DNA of 64,000 nt, from positions 67,656-131,655 of the forward strand of contig CAYMZG010000001.1 of the NCBI GenBank assembly GCA_964394925.1. Reading direction: 5' to 3'. The DNA comes from an uncultured Candidatus Saccharibacteria bacterium (GTDB lineage: Bacteria; Patescibacteriota; Saccharimonadia; Saccharimonadales; CAYLGV01). Both the position numbers and the translations under genes were made by a program. This document shows positions 33,403-43,890 of the stretch, piece by piece (position 1 is the first letter of the stretch; every line of letters begins with the position of its first letter). The notes beneath the pieces are model-generated. The model was not told the DNA's origin. It saw only the letters and a list, made by a program, of their open reading frames with translations, and did not search any database.

Positions 33403-35232
33403 ATGAGCCAAGACCCTAGTAAGATTCGAAATATTGCCATTATTGCCCATGTTGACCACGGCAAAACCACCTTGGTTGATGGCCTGTTAAAACAAAGCCA
33501 CACCTTCCGCGACAACCAGGCCGAGATGAGCCAAGAACTTATCATGGACAGTGGCGATCAAGAACGCGAGCGCGGCATTACCATTACTGCTAAGGTGACC
33601 GCCGTACAGTACGACGACTACCGCATTAACATTATCGACACCCCGGGTCACGCCGACTTTAGCGGCGAGATTGAGCGTACCATTAACATGGCAGACGGCT
33701 GTATTCTGATTGTTGACGCCCAAGAAGGGCCCATGCCACAAACCAAGTTCGTGCTCGGCATTGCCCTTGCTCATGAGCTCAAGCCAATCGTAATTATTAA
33801 CAAGATCGACAAGCAAGGCGCCCGCATTGCTGAGGTTGAAGACGAATTAGCAAACTTGTTCTTGGAACTCGCCGTTCACGAAGATCAACTCCACTACCCT
33901 ATTTATTACGCGATTGGCCGCAGTGGCAAGGCATGGGAAACACCACCAAGTAACCCCGACGAAGCTGCCGACCTCTCTGCAATTTTCAATGCGATTCGTG
34001 ATCAAATTCCTGCGCCAAATGTTGAAGCCGACAAGCCGCTTCAAATGCTCGTATCTGCCCTATCTTACGACAGTTACAAGGGTAAATATGCCATTGGGCG
34101 CATTAACCGCGGCAGCATCAAGCCGGGCGAACAAGTAACTGTTTGTAAGATTGATGGTTCACAGGCCAAAGCCAAAGTCGACGCGGTTATGATTAGCCAA
34201 GGCACCGGCAAAACTGAGGTACCAGAAGGCGTTGCAGGTGACATTGTGCAACTAACCGGTATTGCCGACGCGAAGATTGGCGAAACGATTGCCGACAGCA
34301 CCAACCCCGAAGCATTGCCCGTCATGGAAGTCGAAGCCCCCACTCTTAAGGTGTATCTGGGACCTAACACCAGCCCATTCAAGGGTACTGAAGCCGAGTT
34401 TAGTACCAGCCGCCAGATTGGCGACCGCTTAAAGAAAGAGCTAGAAACGAATGTGGGACTGCGTGTAGAAGAAGATGGTATTGGCTTTGAAGTCGCTGGT
34501 CGCGGTGAGCTTCACTTATCTGTTCTGATCGAAACACTGCGCCGCGAGGGTTACGAATTTGAAGTTGGCCGCCCCTATGTAGTCACTCACGAAGAAAACG
34601 GCCAAACCATGGAACCGCTTGAAGAAGCCATCATTGAAGTACCCGCCGAATACGTTGGCGCTGTACAACAAGAGCTCGGCAGTCGCCGTGCTACCGTTAA
34701 AGAGCAATTCGCCAACAACAAAGGCATGACCAAACTTGTGGCCGAACTTCCGACTCGTGCCCTCCTTGGTATGCGAAATGCACTTATCACTGCTACCCGC
34801 GGCACCGTCATCATGAATAGCCTTATGATCGGCTACCAACCGCTCGGGGCACCACTCCAGAAACTACGTAACGGTGTGTTAATAGCCTGGGAAACGGGCA
34901 CCAGCATGGCCTACAGCCTCGAAACGGCCGAAACCCGCGGCACTATCTTTATTGAACCAAGTCAAAAGGTGTATGCCGGGCAAATCATTGGCCTCAACCG
35001 TCGCCACGACGACATGGAAATTAACGTTTGTAAGGCCAAGCACTTGACCAACATGCGCAGCAGTAGCAGCGACGGTACCGTGCAATTAACACCTCCAAAA
35101 ATTATGAGCCTTGAGGAATGCCTCGGCTTTATTGAAGACGATGAGCTGCTCGAAGTAACGCCCGAAGCCTTGCGCCTACGCAAGCGCGAGCTAGACCCAA
35201 ACAAGCGCAAGCGCGCTAACAAGAACGCTTAG
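33403..35232 (+). CDS. typA: Translational GTPase TypA/BipA
   Basis: G1 AHVDHGKTT, DTPGHADF and NKID, with overall EF-G-like domain order and a 609-aa length. Confidence 0.95.
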   Translation: MSQDPSKIRNIAIIAHVDHGKTTLVDGLLKQSHTFRDNQAEMSQELIMDSGDQERERGITITAKVTAVQYDDYRINIIDTPGHADFSGEIERTINMADGCILIVDAQEGPMPQTKFVLGIALAHELKPIVIINKIDKQGARIAEVEDELANLFLELAVHEDQLHYPIYYAIGRSGKAWETPPSNPDEAADLSAIFNAIRDQIPAPNVEADKPLQMLVSALSYDSYKGKYAIGRINRGSIKPGEQVTVCKIDGSQAKAKVDAVMISQGTGKTEVPEGVAGDIVQLTGIADAKIGETIADSTNPEALPVMEVEAPTLKVYLGPNTSPFKGTEAEFSTSRQIGDRLKKELETNVGLRVEEDGIGFEVAGRGELHLSVLIETLRREGYEFEVGRPYVVTHEENGQTMEPLEEAIIEVPAEYVGAVQQELGSRRATVKEQFANNKGMTKLVAELPTRALLGMRNALITATRGTVIMNSLMIGYQPLGAPLQKLRNGVLIAWETGTSMAYSLETAETRGTIFIEPSQKVYAGQIIGLNRRHDDMEINVCKAKHLTNMRSSSSDGTVQLTPPKIMSLEECLGFIEDDELLEVTPEALRLRKRELDPNKRKRANKNA

Positions 35233-35307
35233 TGGTATTCAATTTTTACTCGTTAATCTTATGCAACTAATTGCTTTTTCGTCCATAATGTAGCATTATG
35301 TATATGT

Positions 35308-36381
35308 ATGAACCATAAGCAGACTGGTGAGACCGTTAGTATACAGCAGATACACGAATCTCGGGGTATTCTTAAAGCCGCCCAGGAAGAAGACTTTTTA
35401 GATGAGCTTTGTGAAGCGGAGCATGAGCTGAAAGAAAAAGACTTAGATATTGAGGTGCTTGAGGTACTTCCACAGGCCGCAGTAACCAGAGCAAATGATG
35501 AAATCACAATTCACTTATTCGATGATATGCCCGAACAGACCAACTTGCAGCCTGTAATGATGAATGCTGGGCAGAACGGCGACCAACAGCAGGGTGCAAA
35601 CAACGCATCGAGCAATCCCTTCCCTAAACCGAGCGCAGAGAAAACCGCCAACACGACAACACCACAGTGGGGTGAAAAACAATCGGGAGATGAGCAGCCT
35701 GATGTCTGGTCAACCTCAGGAAAGATTCCCTTCAAAGAATACCGGCAAGGTTTTGACCACGAAGAGCACGAGGAACCTGAAGACGAAAACCAGGACAGCC
35801 AAGATGCTGATTTAAGTTCAGTGGACTATCTGAACGCCATGTTTGAAGCAGACGCTTATCAGGAGCCCGTTGGACCGACTGAACAGGCTCATGTGCCAGT
35901 CACTCCTGCGCGGAAACAGAAGCACAAAAAACCAGGAAAATTACGCCAGCTGCTATTTAAAAAACAGTTCGTATTCGAAGGTAGCCACCGTAGAGACTAT
36001 GGTAACAATGTACCGTATTCGGCTATATTACTTGGTCGTGCTAAGTATCTTCGAAAGATTGAACATCAGAACGAGCCAAAACGACGCGTCGGTCGTGTGA
36101 TTGGTGCTGTTGCGCTGGGTGCCGCGATATTTGCCGCCGGCATTGGTGTAGGCACTCAAATCAATCATGATACACCAGGCAAGCAGGAAGTCGCCTCAGC
36201 CACAACAGCCACATTACATACCGCTCCGTCTACAACTGAACAGCAGCAAGTGACCATGCCAGTTTTAACAGCCGAACAATATGTTGCTTTTAATTCGATG
36301 GTTCGCTGGATATATGAAAACCCCGACAAAGATTTCTCAACTGAGTTCCAAAAGGCTGCAGCCGCCGGCTATTTCGACTAA
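35308..36381 (+). CDS. Hypothetical acidic protein with one TM segment
   Basis: 357-aa ORF with low-complexity acidic/Gln-rich regions and a TM helix (VIGAVALGAAIFAAGIGVG). Confidence 0.5.
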   Translation: MNHKQTGETVSIQQIHESRGILKAAQEEDFLDELCEAEHELKEKDLDIEVLEVLPQAAVTRANDEITIHLFDDMPEQTNLQPVMMNAGQNGDQQQGANNASSNPFPKPSAEKTANTTTPQWGEKQSGDEQPDVWSTSGKIPFKEYRQGFDHEEHEEPEDENQDSQDADLSSVDYLNAMFEADAYQEPVGPTEQAHVPVTPARKQKHKKPGKLRQLLFKKQFVFEGSHRRDYGNNVPYSAILLGRAKYLRKIEHQNEPKRRVGRVIGAVALGAAIFAAGIGVGTQINHDTPGKQEVASATTATLHTAPSTTEQQQVTMPVLTAEQYVAFNSMVRWIYENPDKDFSTEFQKAAAAGYFD

Positions 36382-36453
36382 CAAGCACCGACCAGCGATG
36401 CCTTGAGTGCTTGATTATATCTGTTAACACGTGTAAAATGGCGGGGTTAGTGT

Positions 36454-36529
36454 GGCTCTTTAGCTCAGTTGGTAGAGCAGAGGCCTGAAGAGCCTTGTGT
36501 CCCCAGTTCGAGTCTGGGAGGAGCCACCA
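36454..36529 (+). tRNA. tRNA-Phe(GAA), CCA encoded
   Basis: GGCTCTT/AGGAGCC acceptor, D arm GCTC-AGTTGGTA-GAGC, anticodon loop CTGAAGA, T arm CCCAG-TTCGAGT-CTGGG. Confidence 0.9.
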
Positions 36530-36532
36530 ACA

Positions 36533-38074
36533 TTATTTTCGCCTGATAACAACGTCTTCACCGTAGTGTTTCTCGAGACGTTTCGTAATACTTCCCTCGT
36601 GGCGCCCAAGCTCGTTAGAGAGCTTTTCTAGCGTGGCGCCGTCATCGAATAATGTCTGTAGTGTATTGTCATCTTCCGCAGACCACCGTTGATAGGCATT
36701 CGGATACTTTTCACGCATTTTAGAAAGCTTGTCGGACCAGCTCGAATTTGCAGGTTTCTGCTTTTTTGGTTGCACGTCTCGTAGCTTCTCGTTGTCGTGC
36801 CATGCTTGAATAGTGTGCTGGTGGTGTTCTAGCGCTTGTGCGCTTCGGCGACGTAGATCGGTGTCGATCTCACGCGCCAGCGGACTTACGCGTAGCGCCA
36901 TGCCATTAAGCCCATCTAATATTAGGTGACGCATGCCGCGCACTCGCGAGAGGGCCACATAGCCCATGCCTTCCACAAAGGCTTTTCGAAGATCAATTCG
37001 TGCCGCGTCAAGTGTCATGCCCTGACTTTTATGAACCGTGATCGCCCATGCTAAACGAAGTGGCAGCTGTGTTAAGCTGGCACGAAGTTTTTCGCCATCA
37101 CGCAGCTCCCACGTGTCGGGTCGAACGGTAATGAGCCGGTCATTATTGAGACGTACCATGGGATAATCCGTCACTTCTTCAAAATCCTCTACAACACCCA
37201 GCGAACCATTAACATATTTCTTATCGGGACTGTTTTTGATACACATTACGCTCGCCCCTTTCTTAAGCTGCAATAGCTCGGGCGCCAGACATGACCGTTT
37301 GAGGGTTTCAATGAAGGCCTTGCCACCAGAGGTTTCCATGGCATATTCGTAGGTATCGCCTGGTAGCTTTTCTAAATGTTCCAAATTGATCGCGTCTACA
37401 TCTGAGTTGGTGGTGAGCAGCCGAGTGCGTGTGGTAAATGGGTCGTCGACCGCGTTAGCGCGGGCCTGTAAGCTGTCGAGTTGGCTGCGCGTGAGCACGC
37501 CGGCACGTATACCATTCAAAATGCTTTCGTATGTTTCATCCTCGGATTGTCGATATTGCTTTTCGAGGTAACACACGTCAAAACCACCGTTCTGCCACAC
37601 CTTCGAGGCCGTTATAAAGCTACCTTGCTTGTTCTCTTGGCGATTCACGGGTGGCAGCTGGAAAAAGTCACCACACAAAACTACCTGTATACCGCCAAAC
37701 GGCGCATCTACTTCGCGCACGTGTCGCAGCACTTCATCGACTAAATCAAGGCGGAAATCGTGCAGCATGCTGATTTCGTCAATTATAAGAATGTCGGTTT
37801 TAGTAATAATATCTCGGCGCTGCTTGCCCATTTTGAGTAGGTGTTTTTTTGGCAATTCATCGTGTACACCGATACCAGACCACGCATGAATAGTGGCACC
37901 ATTTAAATGTGTTGCAGCCAGGCCCGTGGTGGCTGTTACCGAAACGGCTTTGCCATCTTCACGAGCACGCTTAATAAACTTGCGCAGCAAGTAGGTCTTG
38001 CCCGTGCCAGCCGCTCCCGTTAACAGAGCCGACTGCCCAGACTCCAAAATTGCCAAGGCCTCATCTTGTGTCAT
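36533..38074 (-). CDS. Pif1/RecD-like SF1 DNA helicase
   Basis: Walker A GAAGTGKTYLL, Walker B LIIDEISM, and VHKSQGMT. Confidence 0.8.
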   Translation of the reverse strand: MTQDEALAILESGQSALLTGAAGTGKTYLLRKFIKRAREDGKAVSVTATTGLAATHLNGATIHAWSGIGVHDELPKKHLLKMGKQRRDIITKTDILIIDEISMLHDFRLDLVDEVLRHVREVDAPFGGIQVVLCGDFFQLPPVNRQENKQGSFITASKVWQNGGFDVCYLEKQYRQSEDETYESILNGIRAGVLTRSQLDSLQARANAVDDPFTTRTRLLTTNSDVDAINLEHLEKLPGDTYEYAMETSGGKAFIETLKRSCLAPELLQLKKGASVMCIKNSPDKKYVNGSLGVVEDFEEVTDYPMVRLNNDRLITVRPDTWELRDGEKLRASLTQLPLRLAWAITVHKSQGMTLDAARIDLRKAFVEGMGYVALSRVRGMRHLILDGLNGMALRVSPLAREIDTDLRRRSAQALEHHQHTIQAWHDNEKLRDVQPKKQKPANSSWSDKLSKMREKYPNAYQRWSAEDDNTLQTLFDDGATLEKLSNELGRHEGSITKRLEKHYGEDVVIRRK

Positions 38075-38131
38075 GTACGGTATATTGTAGCGGTTCTTGG
38101 CGATAATTGTGCAGGAGAAAGATGGAAACGA

Positions 38132-38893
38132 CTAGCTCTCTTTGGCCATGAATTCTTTAACGCTCGAGACCGTGTCCATGAACTGTGATGGGAAGATGAT
38201 GGTGCTATTCTTTTCTGCAGCAACTTCATTGAGCACCTGTAGGTTTCGAAGCTGCAAAGCAATTGGGTGGGCAGCAATTATATCGGCTGCTTCACCAAGC
38301 TTTGCTGCACTAAGTTGTTCACCCTCAGCGGCGATGATCTTGGCACGCTTTTCACGTTCTGCTTCAGCTTCTTTAGCCATGGCTCGTTGCATGCTTTCGG
38401 GTAGCGTAATATCTTTGAGCTCCACTGTGCTTATATACACGCCCCACTTTTCGGTGGCGTCGTCTAAGATACCCTTGATCGCTTCGTTAATCTTGGCCGT
38501 TTGACTCAATACTTCGTCGAGCGAGCTCTGGCCTACCACGTTACGTACGGTGGTTTGGGCAATTTGGTAGATAGCAGAGATCACGTTTTCGATCTCAACC
38601 ACCGACTTGATCGGATCGGTCACCTGATAATATGCTACTGCCGCAACATCGATTGAGACATTGTCTTTGGTAATAATCTTTTGTGAATCCACTGGTAGCG
38701 TCACAATGCGGAGTGCAACTTTACGCATTTGGTCAACAAATGGAATAATCACGCGTAAACCAGGGTCTTTTACGGCTGGGCGAACACGTCCCAAGCGGAA
38801 CACCACACCGCGCTCATACTGGTTGATTACCCGCAGGCCAGCTGCAATCACAACCCCTAAAATGATGATCAAAATAATAACTAGTGCCACCAT
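38132..38893 (-). CDS. SPFH/Band 7 (stomatin-like) protein
   Basis: N-terminal TM helix followed by a typical SPFH core ([11 protein letters not shown]...[24 protein letters not shown]) and a coiled-coil [11 protein letters not shown]. Confidence 0.9.
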   Translation of the reverse strand: MVALVIILIIILGVVIAAGLRVINQYERGVVFRLGRVRPAVKDPGLRVIIPFVDQMRKVALRIVTLPVDSQKIITKDNVSIDVAAVAYYQVTDPIKSVVEIENVISAIYQIAQTTVRNVVGQSSLDEVLSQTAKINEAIKGILDDATEKWGVYISTVELKDITLPESMQRAMAKEAEAEREKRAKIIAAEGEQLSAAKLGEAADIIAAHPIALQLRNLQVLNEVAAEKNSTIIFPSQFMDTVSSVKEFMAKES

Positions 38894-39061
38894 GGAAATG
38901 CCTCTCTCTTAGATATAGCTGTATTGTAGAAGATTATGGCCGGCCGAAGCAAACTAATTACGTTTTTCTAGGTCATGAAGATGCTGAGTTTTTATAATTA
39001 GTGTTTGTAAGATTGGACACATATGGTAAGATAACCTCTGTTCTTTGACATTTTGGTGCAT

Positions 39062-39147
39062 GCGCGGGTGGCGGAATTGGTAGACGCGCTAGTTTCAGGT
39101 ACTAGTGAGCATTGCTCGTGGAGGTTCAAGTCCTCTCTCGCGCACCA
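39062..39147 (+). tRNA. tRNA-Leu(CAG), class II, CCA encoded
   Basis: Acceptor GCGCGGG/CTCGCGC, anticodon loop TTCAGGT, long variable arm. Confidence 0.85.
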
Positions 39148-39165
39148 GCCAAACGCACAATTTTC

Positions 39166-39242
39166 GGGTGATTAGCTCAGTTGGCTAGAGCATCTCGTTT
39201 ACACCGAGAGGGTCGGGGGTTCGAGTCCCTCATCACCCACCA
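39166..39242 (+). tRNA. tRNA-Val(UAC), CCA encoded
   Basis: Acceptor GGGTGAT/ATCACCC, anticodon loop TTTACAC, T arm GGGGG-TTCGAGT-CCCTC. Confidence 0.9.
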
Positions 39243-39247
39243 CATCT

Positions 39248-39276
39248 ATACACGCATGGACATGCGTGTATTTTCA
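39248..39276 (+). terminator. Rho-independent terminator after the tRNA pair
   Basis: TACACGCATG-ga-CATGCGTGTA palindrome followed by TTTTCATTT. Confidence 0.7.
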
Positions 39277-39391
39277 TTTCATGGCAAAAGAGTTTCTGGG
39301 GTTTTTGTCTCCCAACCTCTAGGTAGTGAGTCCTGGAGGAACCTAGAACCTTATGCTTGCCGGAAAGCGATCACCATGAGTTACTAGTAAT

Positions 39392-40144
39392 ATGGATGTT
39401 GAGATTCGGAAGGTTTATTGCCGTGTTGAAGTATTACCCATTCCCAATGGCACCTTGTTCGCTTCGAAAGAATTCGGCAACTCTCTTACGAGAGAGGCCG
39501 TACTTTACCTCAAGCAGAACGGTGTCAAGGCTGTGGCTGAGCCTTTCGGCCCCAAAGGAGGCGGGTACACCAAGCTGTTTGATATCATAAGACAACTGTG
39601 GTCAAATCGAGAAATCATACTAATGATCCTCGCAATTCTAGGAAGCGTCCGAGATGGTTTTCGCAGAGTCATGTCACATTTTCATAATCGAGGCAGACCA
39701 ACGATCAGCATTTCTCTGAAAGTTATAGTTGAAGGAAATTACGATGGGTGGGAATACGCATTCCCACCGCTAGCACAGACAATGACCGGCCTGAAGGTCG
39801 CTGCTGATGATCTTCGAGAACGTCTGCTCAAGAAATATCCACTGTTCAGATTTGACGAGTATCTGGGAGTGAGTATTAATCAACGTAGCTGGCGATCGAA
39901 CTTGTATATGAAGCATCGTCAGATAGGTCGACTGAATAATGCTCGTGCTATTCACCAGTGTGAAACACTTCGAGTCGGAACAGATATAGATCAACGTTTC
40001 AGTTTCACGATTCTTGGTCTGGTGGAAAGGAACGAATATCCCACCAAGTACAGTTCGGCTGGACACTGGTCTTCGTCGTCTAGAGCGAAGAGATATTTCA
40101 CGGCTATATCTACACAAATCTGGGAAGATCGGTCTCGCAAATAA
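39392..40144 (+). CDS. Hypothetical protein (250 aa)
   Basis: ORF only, with one central hydrophobic segment. Confidence 0.45.
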   Translation: MDVEIRKVYCRVEVLPIPNGTLFASKEFGNSLTREAVLYLKQNGVKAVAEPFGPKGGGYTKLFDIIRQLWSNREIILMILAILGSVRDGFRRVMSHFHNRGRPTISISLKVIVEGNYDGWEYAFPPLAQTMTGLKVAADDLRERLLKKYPLFRFDEYLGVSINQRSWRSNLYMKHRQIGRLNNARAIHQCETLRVGTDIDQRFSFTILGLVERNEYPTKYSSAGHWSSSSRAKRYFTAISTQIWEDRSRK

Positions 40145-40467
40145 CTCCTGCACAGATGTTGTGGTTTCAGCGCGTCCTCTTGGTGTGGGCGCCCTTTAGC
40201 GCGACAATGATCGCGACCATTGAAGGAGGGTCATGCCATCAAAGACAAGAAGCCAAGAGGTATCTATATAGCCGGGGCTGTTCGTAAAGATCCGCCTGAC
40301 ATCGACAAACTCGTTGATGCGCTGCTTGAACTGACCAAACAACTCTGCGAGGAGGATGGTTTGGGTGAGAACTGGAAGCGGAAGCCGAAGAAGTAGTGTC
40401 GCCCAATCTATGATGTAAGACGCTCATGCTTGCATAAGTTGTTCCCTGATAGGACAATACTATCATT

Positions 40468-41052
40468 ATGTTAGACGCTCGGCATGCTACCCAAACGCCA
40501 GAACAGTTTATACTTCGAGAAGAAGCTGCCGCATCGAACCCCGAGTTTGCCACATTTGAAGGCAGAGCCATGCAAGATGTTAGGGATACGCTTGCCTGCC
40601 TGGCTCTAGGCATGCGACCAAAGACGGTGCTTGGTGGACTGATAGTGAACCAATTTGGGCCCTATGATTCAACGCTTGTTGATTCTAACGGGAGACACGC
40701 TATAGAAGTTGGTGTTAGAGGAAGTGTTCAGCCCCACACACCAAATGAACGTGGAGACACAGTTCAAGATGTACTGGAGGGCTTGGTGCTGTTAGGTCTA
40801 GTTGAAAGAACATTCGACCCGAGATCAGTGGATGCTGAAATGGTGCCAGATGATGATCATAGAAAACAGATGGACGTGCCATTCTATCGGCTGTCTACGC
40901 AAGGTCTGCCGGCAGAAGTGCAGGAGACTATAGGCCGCATACGGTTGGAACAGGCGACGGATGATGTATATGAAGCTGAGCGCGAAGCGCGGCGAGAACA
41001 AAAAGCTGAGCGAAAAGCAAAAAGAACGGGTATCTTTAGGCGCATCAAATAG
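40468..41052 (+). CDS. Hypothetical protein (194 aa)
   Basis: ORF with a charged coiled C-terminus (EAEREARREQKAERKAKR). Confidence 0.45.
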   Translation: MLDARHATQTPEQFILREEAAASNPEFATFEGRAMQDVRDTLACLALGMRPKTVLGGLIVNQFGPYDSTLVDSNGRHAIEVGVRGSVQPHTPNERGDTVQDVLEGLVLLGLVERTFDPRSVDAEMVPDDDHRKQMDVPFYRLSTQGLPAEVQETIGRIRLEQATDDVYEAEREARREQKAERKAKRTGIFRRIK

Positions 41053-41069
41053 CTCTGGGTGCTGAGTAG

Positions 41070-41624
41070 CTACTTCTGCTCAATAGTCGTCGATGAATTC
41101 TTGAACTGGGCCGTAATACGCGTAAATATGCCTGCCTGGTTTTTGGCTTTATCTGTCGTACTCGAACTCAGGTGCTGCTGAGTCGGCTCCACAAATAACT
41201 GAACTTTTTGACCAGTGTCGTTGCGCTTCCCAACCTCAACAATGAGCTCTAGACCCTTCTGAGTATCAGCCAGTTGTGCGTCAATAAAGTAGCGAGGATC
41301 AAGCTGTTTATGTTCCTCAGCTAAAATTGTTCTGCCTTCAGAGTCTACGCGAACAGTCTTGATGCCACCCCGTTTTCTCTGCGCGGCGGCTATCTGTTCC
41401 TCTCCAAAACTCATATATTCTTTGGTGGTCTTAAAGTTATGGGGAATCTGGAAGATTTGTCCACATTGCTTACATTCAAAATAGTACTCATCTACAAAGA
41501 GTTTTGTACCGTGAATCATACAGGCTGGATATGTATGGTTTGGCCCGTAATACAGCCATTTAATGCCTTGGATTGGCTCATCGCTAAACTCGTAGTATTT
41601 ATACTCAGTAGTGCTCACAATCAC
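41070..41624 (-). CDS. Hypothetical protein with putative zinc ribbon
   Basis: CMIHGTKL...CKQCGQ. No family recognised. Confidence 0.45.
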   Translation of the reverse strand: MIVSTTEYKYYEFSDEPIQGIKWLYYGPNHTYPACMIHGTKLFVDEYYFECKQCGQIFQIPHNFKTTKEYMSFGEEQIAAAQRKRGGIKTVRVDSEGRTILAEEHKQLDPRYFIDAQLADTQKGLELIVEVGKRNDTGQKVQLFVEPTQQHLSSSTTDKAKNQAGIFTRITAQFKNSSTTIEQK

Positions 41625-41687
41625 CTTATTGTCTGACTATCTACACAATATGTCAATTAATATGGCAATGACCGACTATGCTTATGC

Positions 41688-42137
41688 TTGCATTACAAAT
41701 CAATAATGAGACAATCTTCTAATATGACTAATCCTGAACCAATGCCCCCAGAAACCCCGCCCACCGACTTTGATGTTGATGGCTTTGTGGGAGCACTCCA
41801 GTTTTTTGATGGTTATGACAGAGTTGTGGAGTATTTATATGGCCCTTTTGCTAGTGAACACCCCGAGGCTGTAATACCAACGTATACAAAGCTGGCTCGG
41901 CATGAAGATCCATCATTACGAGTCAAGGCTGCCGTTGGAATCACAGAAGTACTTCAAAGAGATCCGGAGCTTGCTGCTGAAATACTTTGTAAACTGTTAG
42001 AAGATGACGACACGCATGTGCGTACCCGTGCACGCGAAAGCCTACTAGGGCTCGCCGACGCGCATCCGCCCACTGACATTAATCTTCTTATACGCTTGAG
42101 CAAAGTCGCGCTGGCACACCAAGATACGAACGGATAA
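41688..42137 (+). CDS. HEAT-repeat protein
   Basis: Repeated DPSLRVKAA.../DDDTHVRTRARESL helices typical of HEAT/PBS lyase repeats. The start is uncertain. Confidence 0.5.
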   Translation: MHYKSIMRQSSNMTNPEPMPPETPPTDFDVDGFVGALQFFDGYDRVVEYLYGPFASEHPEAVIPTYTKLARHEDPSLRVKAAVGITEVLQRDPELAAEILCKLLEDDDTHVRTRARESLLGLADAHPPTDINLLIRLSKVALAHQDTNG

Positions 42138-42141
42138 GCTG

Positions 42142-43779
42142 CTAGCTGCGTGGCATGTGATCGTAAAAATGTGACATGTTATAGTCTTGGCCAATGAGTG
42201 GCTTGAGGTCTTCCATGCTCACGCCAATTTTCACGCCTGGATTCATGGTGCCATACGGATCAAAGATATGTTTTACTTGCCGAAACACCTGATACATTTC
42301 AGAGCCATAGAGCTTCTCTAGGTATGGCGCCCGTATACGGCCATCGCCGTGCTCTCCAGAGGTGCTACCGCCAAGGCGCATAACCAAGTCGTAATAATCA
42401 TCGAGGAGCTTGAAGACCTTCTGGCGGTCACCCACTTGTGAAAGATTCAACAGCGGTCGAGCATGCAAGTTTGCATTTCCAGCATGACCCCAGACGGCCA
42501 CCGGCAGGTGTTGCGACTCAAAAATCTGGTAAATTCCCTCAATGAAGTCAACTAAACGATCTTGCGGCACAATACCATCTTCAATAATTGGCAATGGCTT
42601 GGCACCAGCTTCGTTATGCGACAGAATGGCCGAGGCTGCTTCACGAATTTTCCAGAGCTCTTCTTTCTTGCTCGGATCGGTTTCCATGCGATACGATACT
42701 TGATGTTTTTGGAACAGCTTAGCGGCTTTTTTGGCCATGCGCTTTTGCACCCTATCCGACAAGTTGTCGAATTCAACAAATAGGGCCATTTTTTGGAATG
42801 GGGGCTCCAACACACCCTTGAGAAGTGTTGGGTTGTGAGCGTGTACAAAATCGAGTAAGTGCTTGTCGACCATCTCCATAATAGTTGGTAGCTCAGAGAA
42901 CTTGCGCAAATCAGCAATTACCTCTTGGGCAAGTTTAAGGTCATCGAAGAAGGCCACGAGCAGTGTGGTGTTGGGGTTGTGTTGTTCGGTTTCAAGGGTT
43001 GCCTCGGTCACAATGCCAAGCGTGCCTTGCGAACCAACAAACAGCGGCACCAAGTTGAACGATCCATCTTTGCGTTGGATTTCTCCAAGCATGTAACCGG
43101 CCGCATTCTTGGACACTTCTCGTTTAGACTTCTGAATTAGTACCTTGTTCTCTTCAAGCAAGCGGTCCATTTGGCGATAGATCTCGCCTTCCATACTGTT
43201 CAAGCCCAGCTTCTTATTGAGTTCGCGTCGGCTTAAACGACGAACTTCGATGACTTCTCCGTTAGCCAGTACTACGCGCAAACGTTTTACAAACGAACGC
43301 GTTGATCCATACTTAAAACTGCGCTCACCAGAAGCATTATTAGCGATCGCACCGCCAATGGTCGAGTACTCAAGCGATGCCGGATAGGGTGGTAAGAACC
43401 GATTGTGTGTTTGCAGGGTTTGTTGCAACTTACCGTATACAATACCTGGCTCAATCGTGACATCACCCGATTTTCCGTCGAATTCAAGAATACGGTGCAT
43501 GTGTGCCGGAAAAACCAGCATAATACCGCTGCCGAGAGCAGCTCCGCTGAGATCGGTGCCGAGGCCACGAGCTGTCATGGGTATCTGACGGCCACGTTCC
43601 GCTAACTGCCAAGTAAAGCGAGCCGTTTTACGAACGTCGTTCTCGTTACGTGGATACACAACTATTGCTGGCGGTATGGCAAAGATACTGCCATCGGTAG
43701 CAAAATAACGACGTGCATCGACGCTCGTCATAACCTCGCCAACTAAATGTTCTTGCAGATAGTGTGCAACCTTACTCAT
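42142..43779 (-). CDS. FAD-linked oxidase (GlcD/D-lactate dehydrogenase-like)
   Basis: FAD_binding_4-like N-terminal half (ARGLGTDLSGAALG...) and an FAD-oxidase C-terminal half (GGSTSGEHGDGRIR). Confidence 0.8.
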   Translation of the reverse strand: MSKVAHYLQEHLVGEVMTSVDARRYFATDGSIFAIPPAIVVYPRNENDVRKTARFTWQLAERGRQIPMTARGLGTDLSGAALGSGIMLVFPAHMHRILEFDGKSGDVTIEPGIVYGKLQQTLQTHNRFLPPYPASLEYSTIGGAIANNASGERSFKYGSTRSFVKRLRVVLANGEVIEVRRLSRRELNKKLGLNSMEGEIYRQMDRLLEENKVLIQKSKREVSKNAAGYMLGEIQRKDGSFNLVPLFVGSQGTLGIVTEATLETEQHNPNTTLLVAFFDDLKLAQEVIADLRKFSELPTIMEMVDKHLLDFVHAHNPTLLKGVLEPPFQKMALFVEFDNLSDRVQKRMAKKAAKLFQKHQVSYRMETDPSKKEELWKIREAASAILSHNEAGAKPLPIIEDGIVPQDRLVDFIEGIYQIFESQHLPVAVWGHAGNANLHARPLLNLSQVGDRQKVFKLLDDYYDLVMRLGGSTSGEHGDGRIRAPYLEKLYGSEMYQVFRQVKHIFDPYGTMNPGVKIGVSMEDLKPLIGQDYNMSHFYDHMPRS

Positions 43780-43890
43780 CAGTCCCTATTCCACCAGAGG
43801 TATTTAGCGTTAGCATTCTGCCACTCATGATAGCAGATAGCACGCAATCCGTGAACACGCATACTAATTTACAATGTATACTGGCTTAAG

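Noticed and set aside
33487-35222. Multiple 60-110-aa antisense or off-frame ORFs inside typA, with similar nests inside uvrA, uvrC, the ABC exporters, the SBP gene and the FAD oxidase
   Set aside because: They are fully contained in strongly supported genes, have no SD or motifs, and are typical spurious frames.
40239-40613. 124-aa minus-strand ORF
   Set aside because: It overlaps the start of the 40468-41052 gene and has Ser/Ala/Arg-rich composition typical of an antisense frame. No start context supports it.
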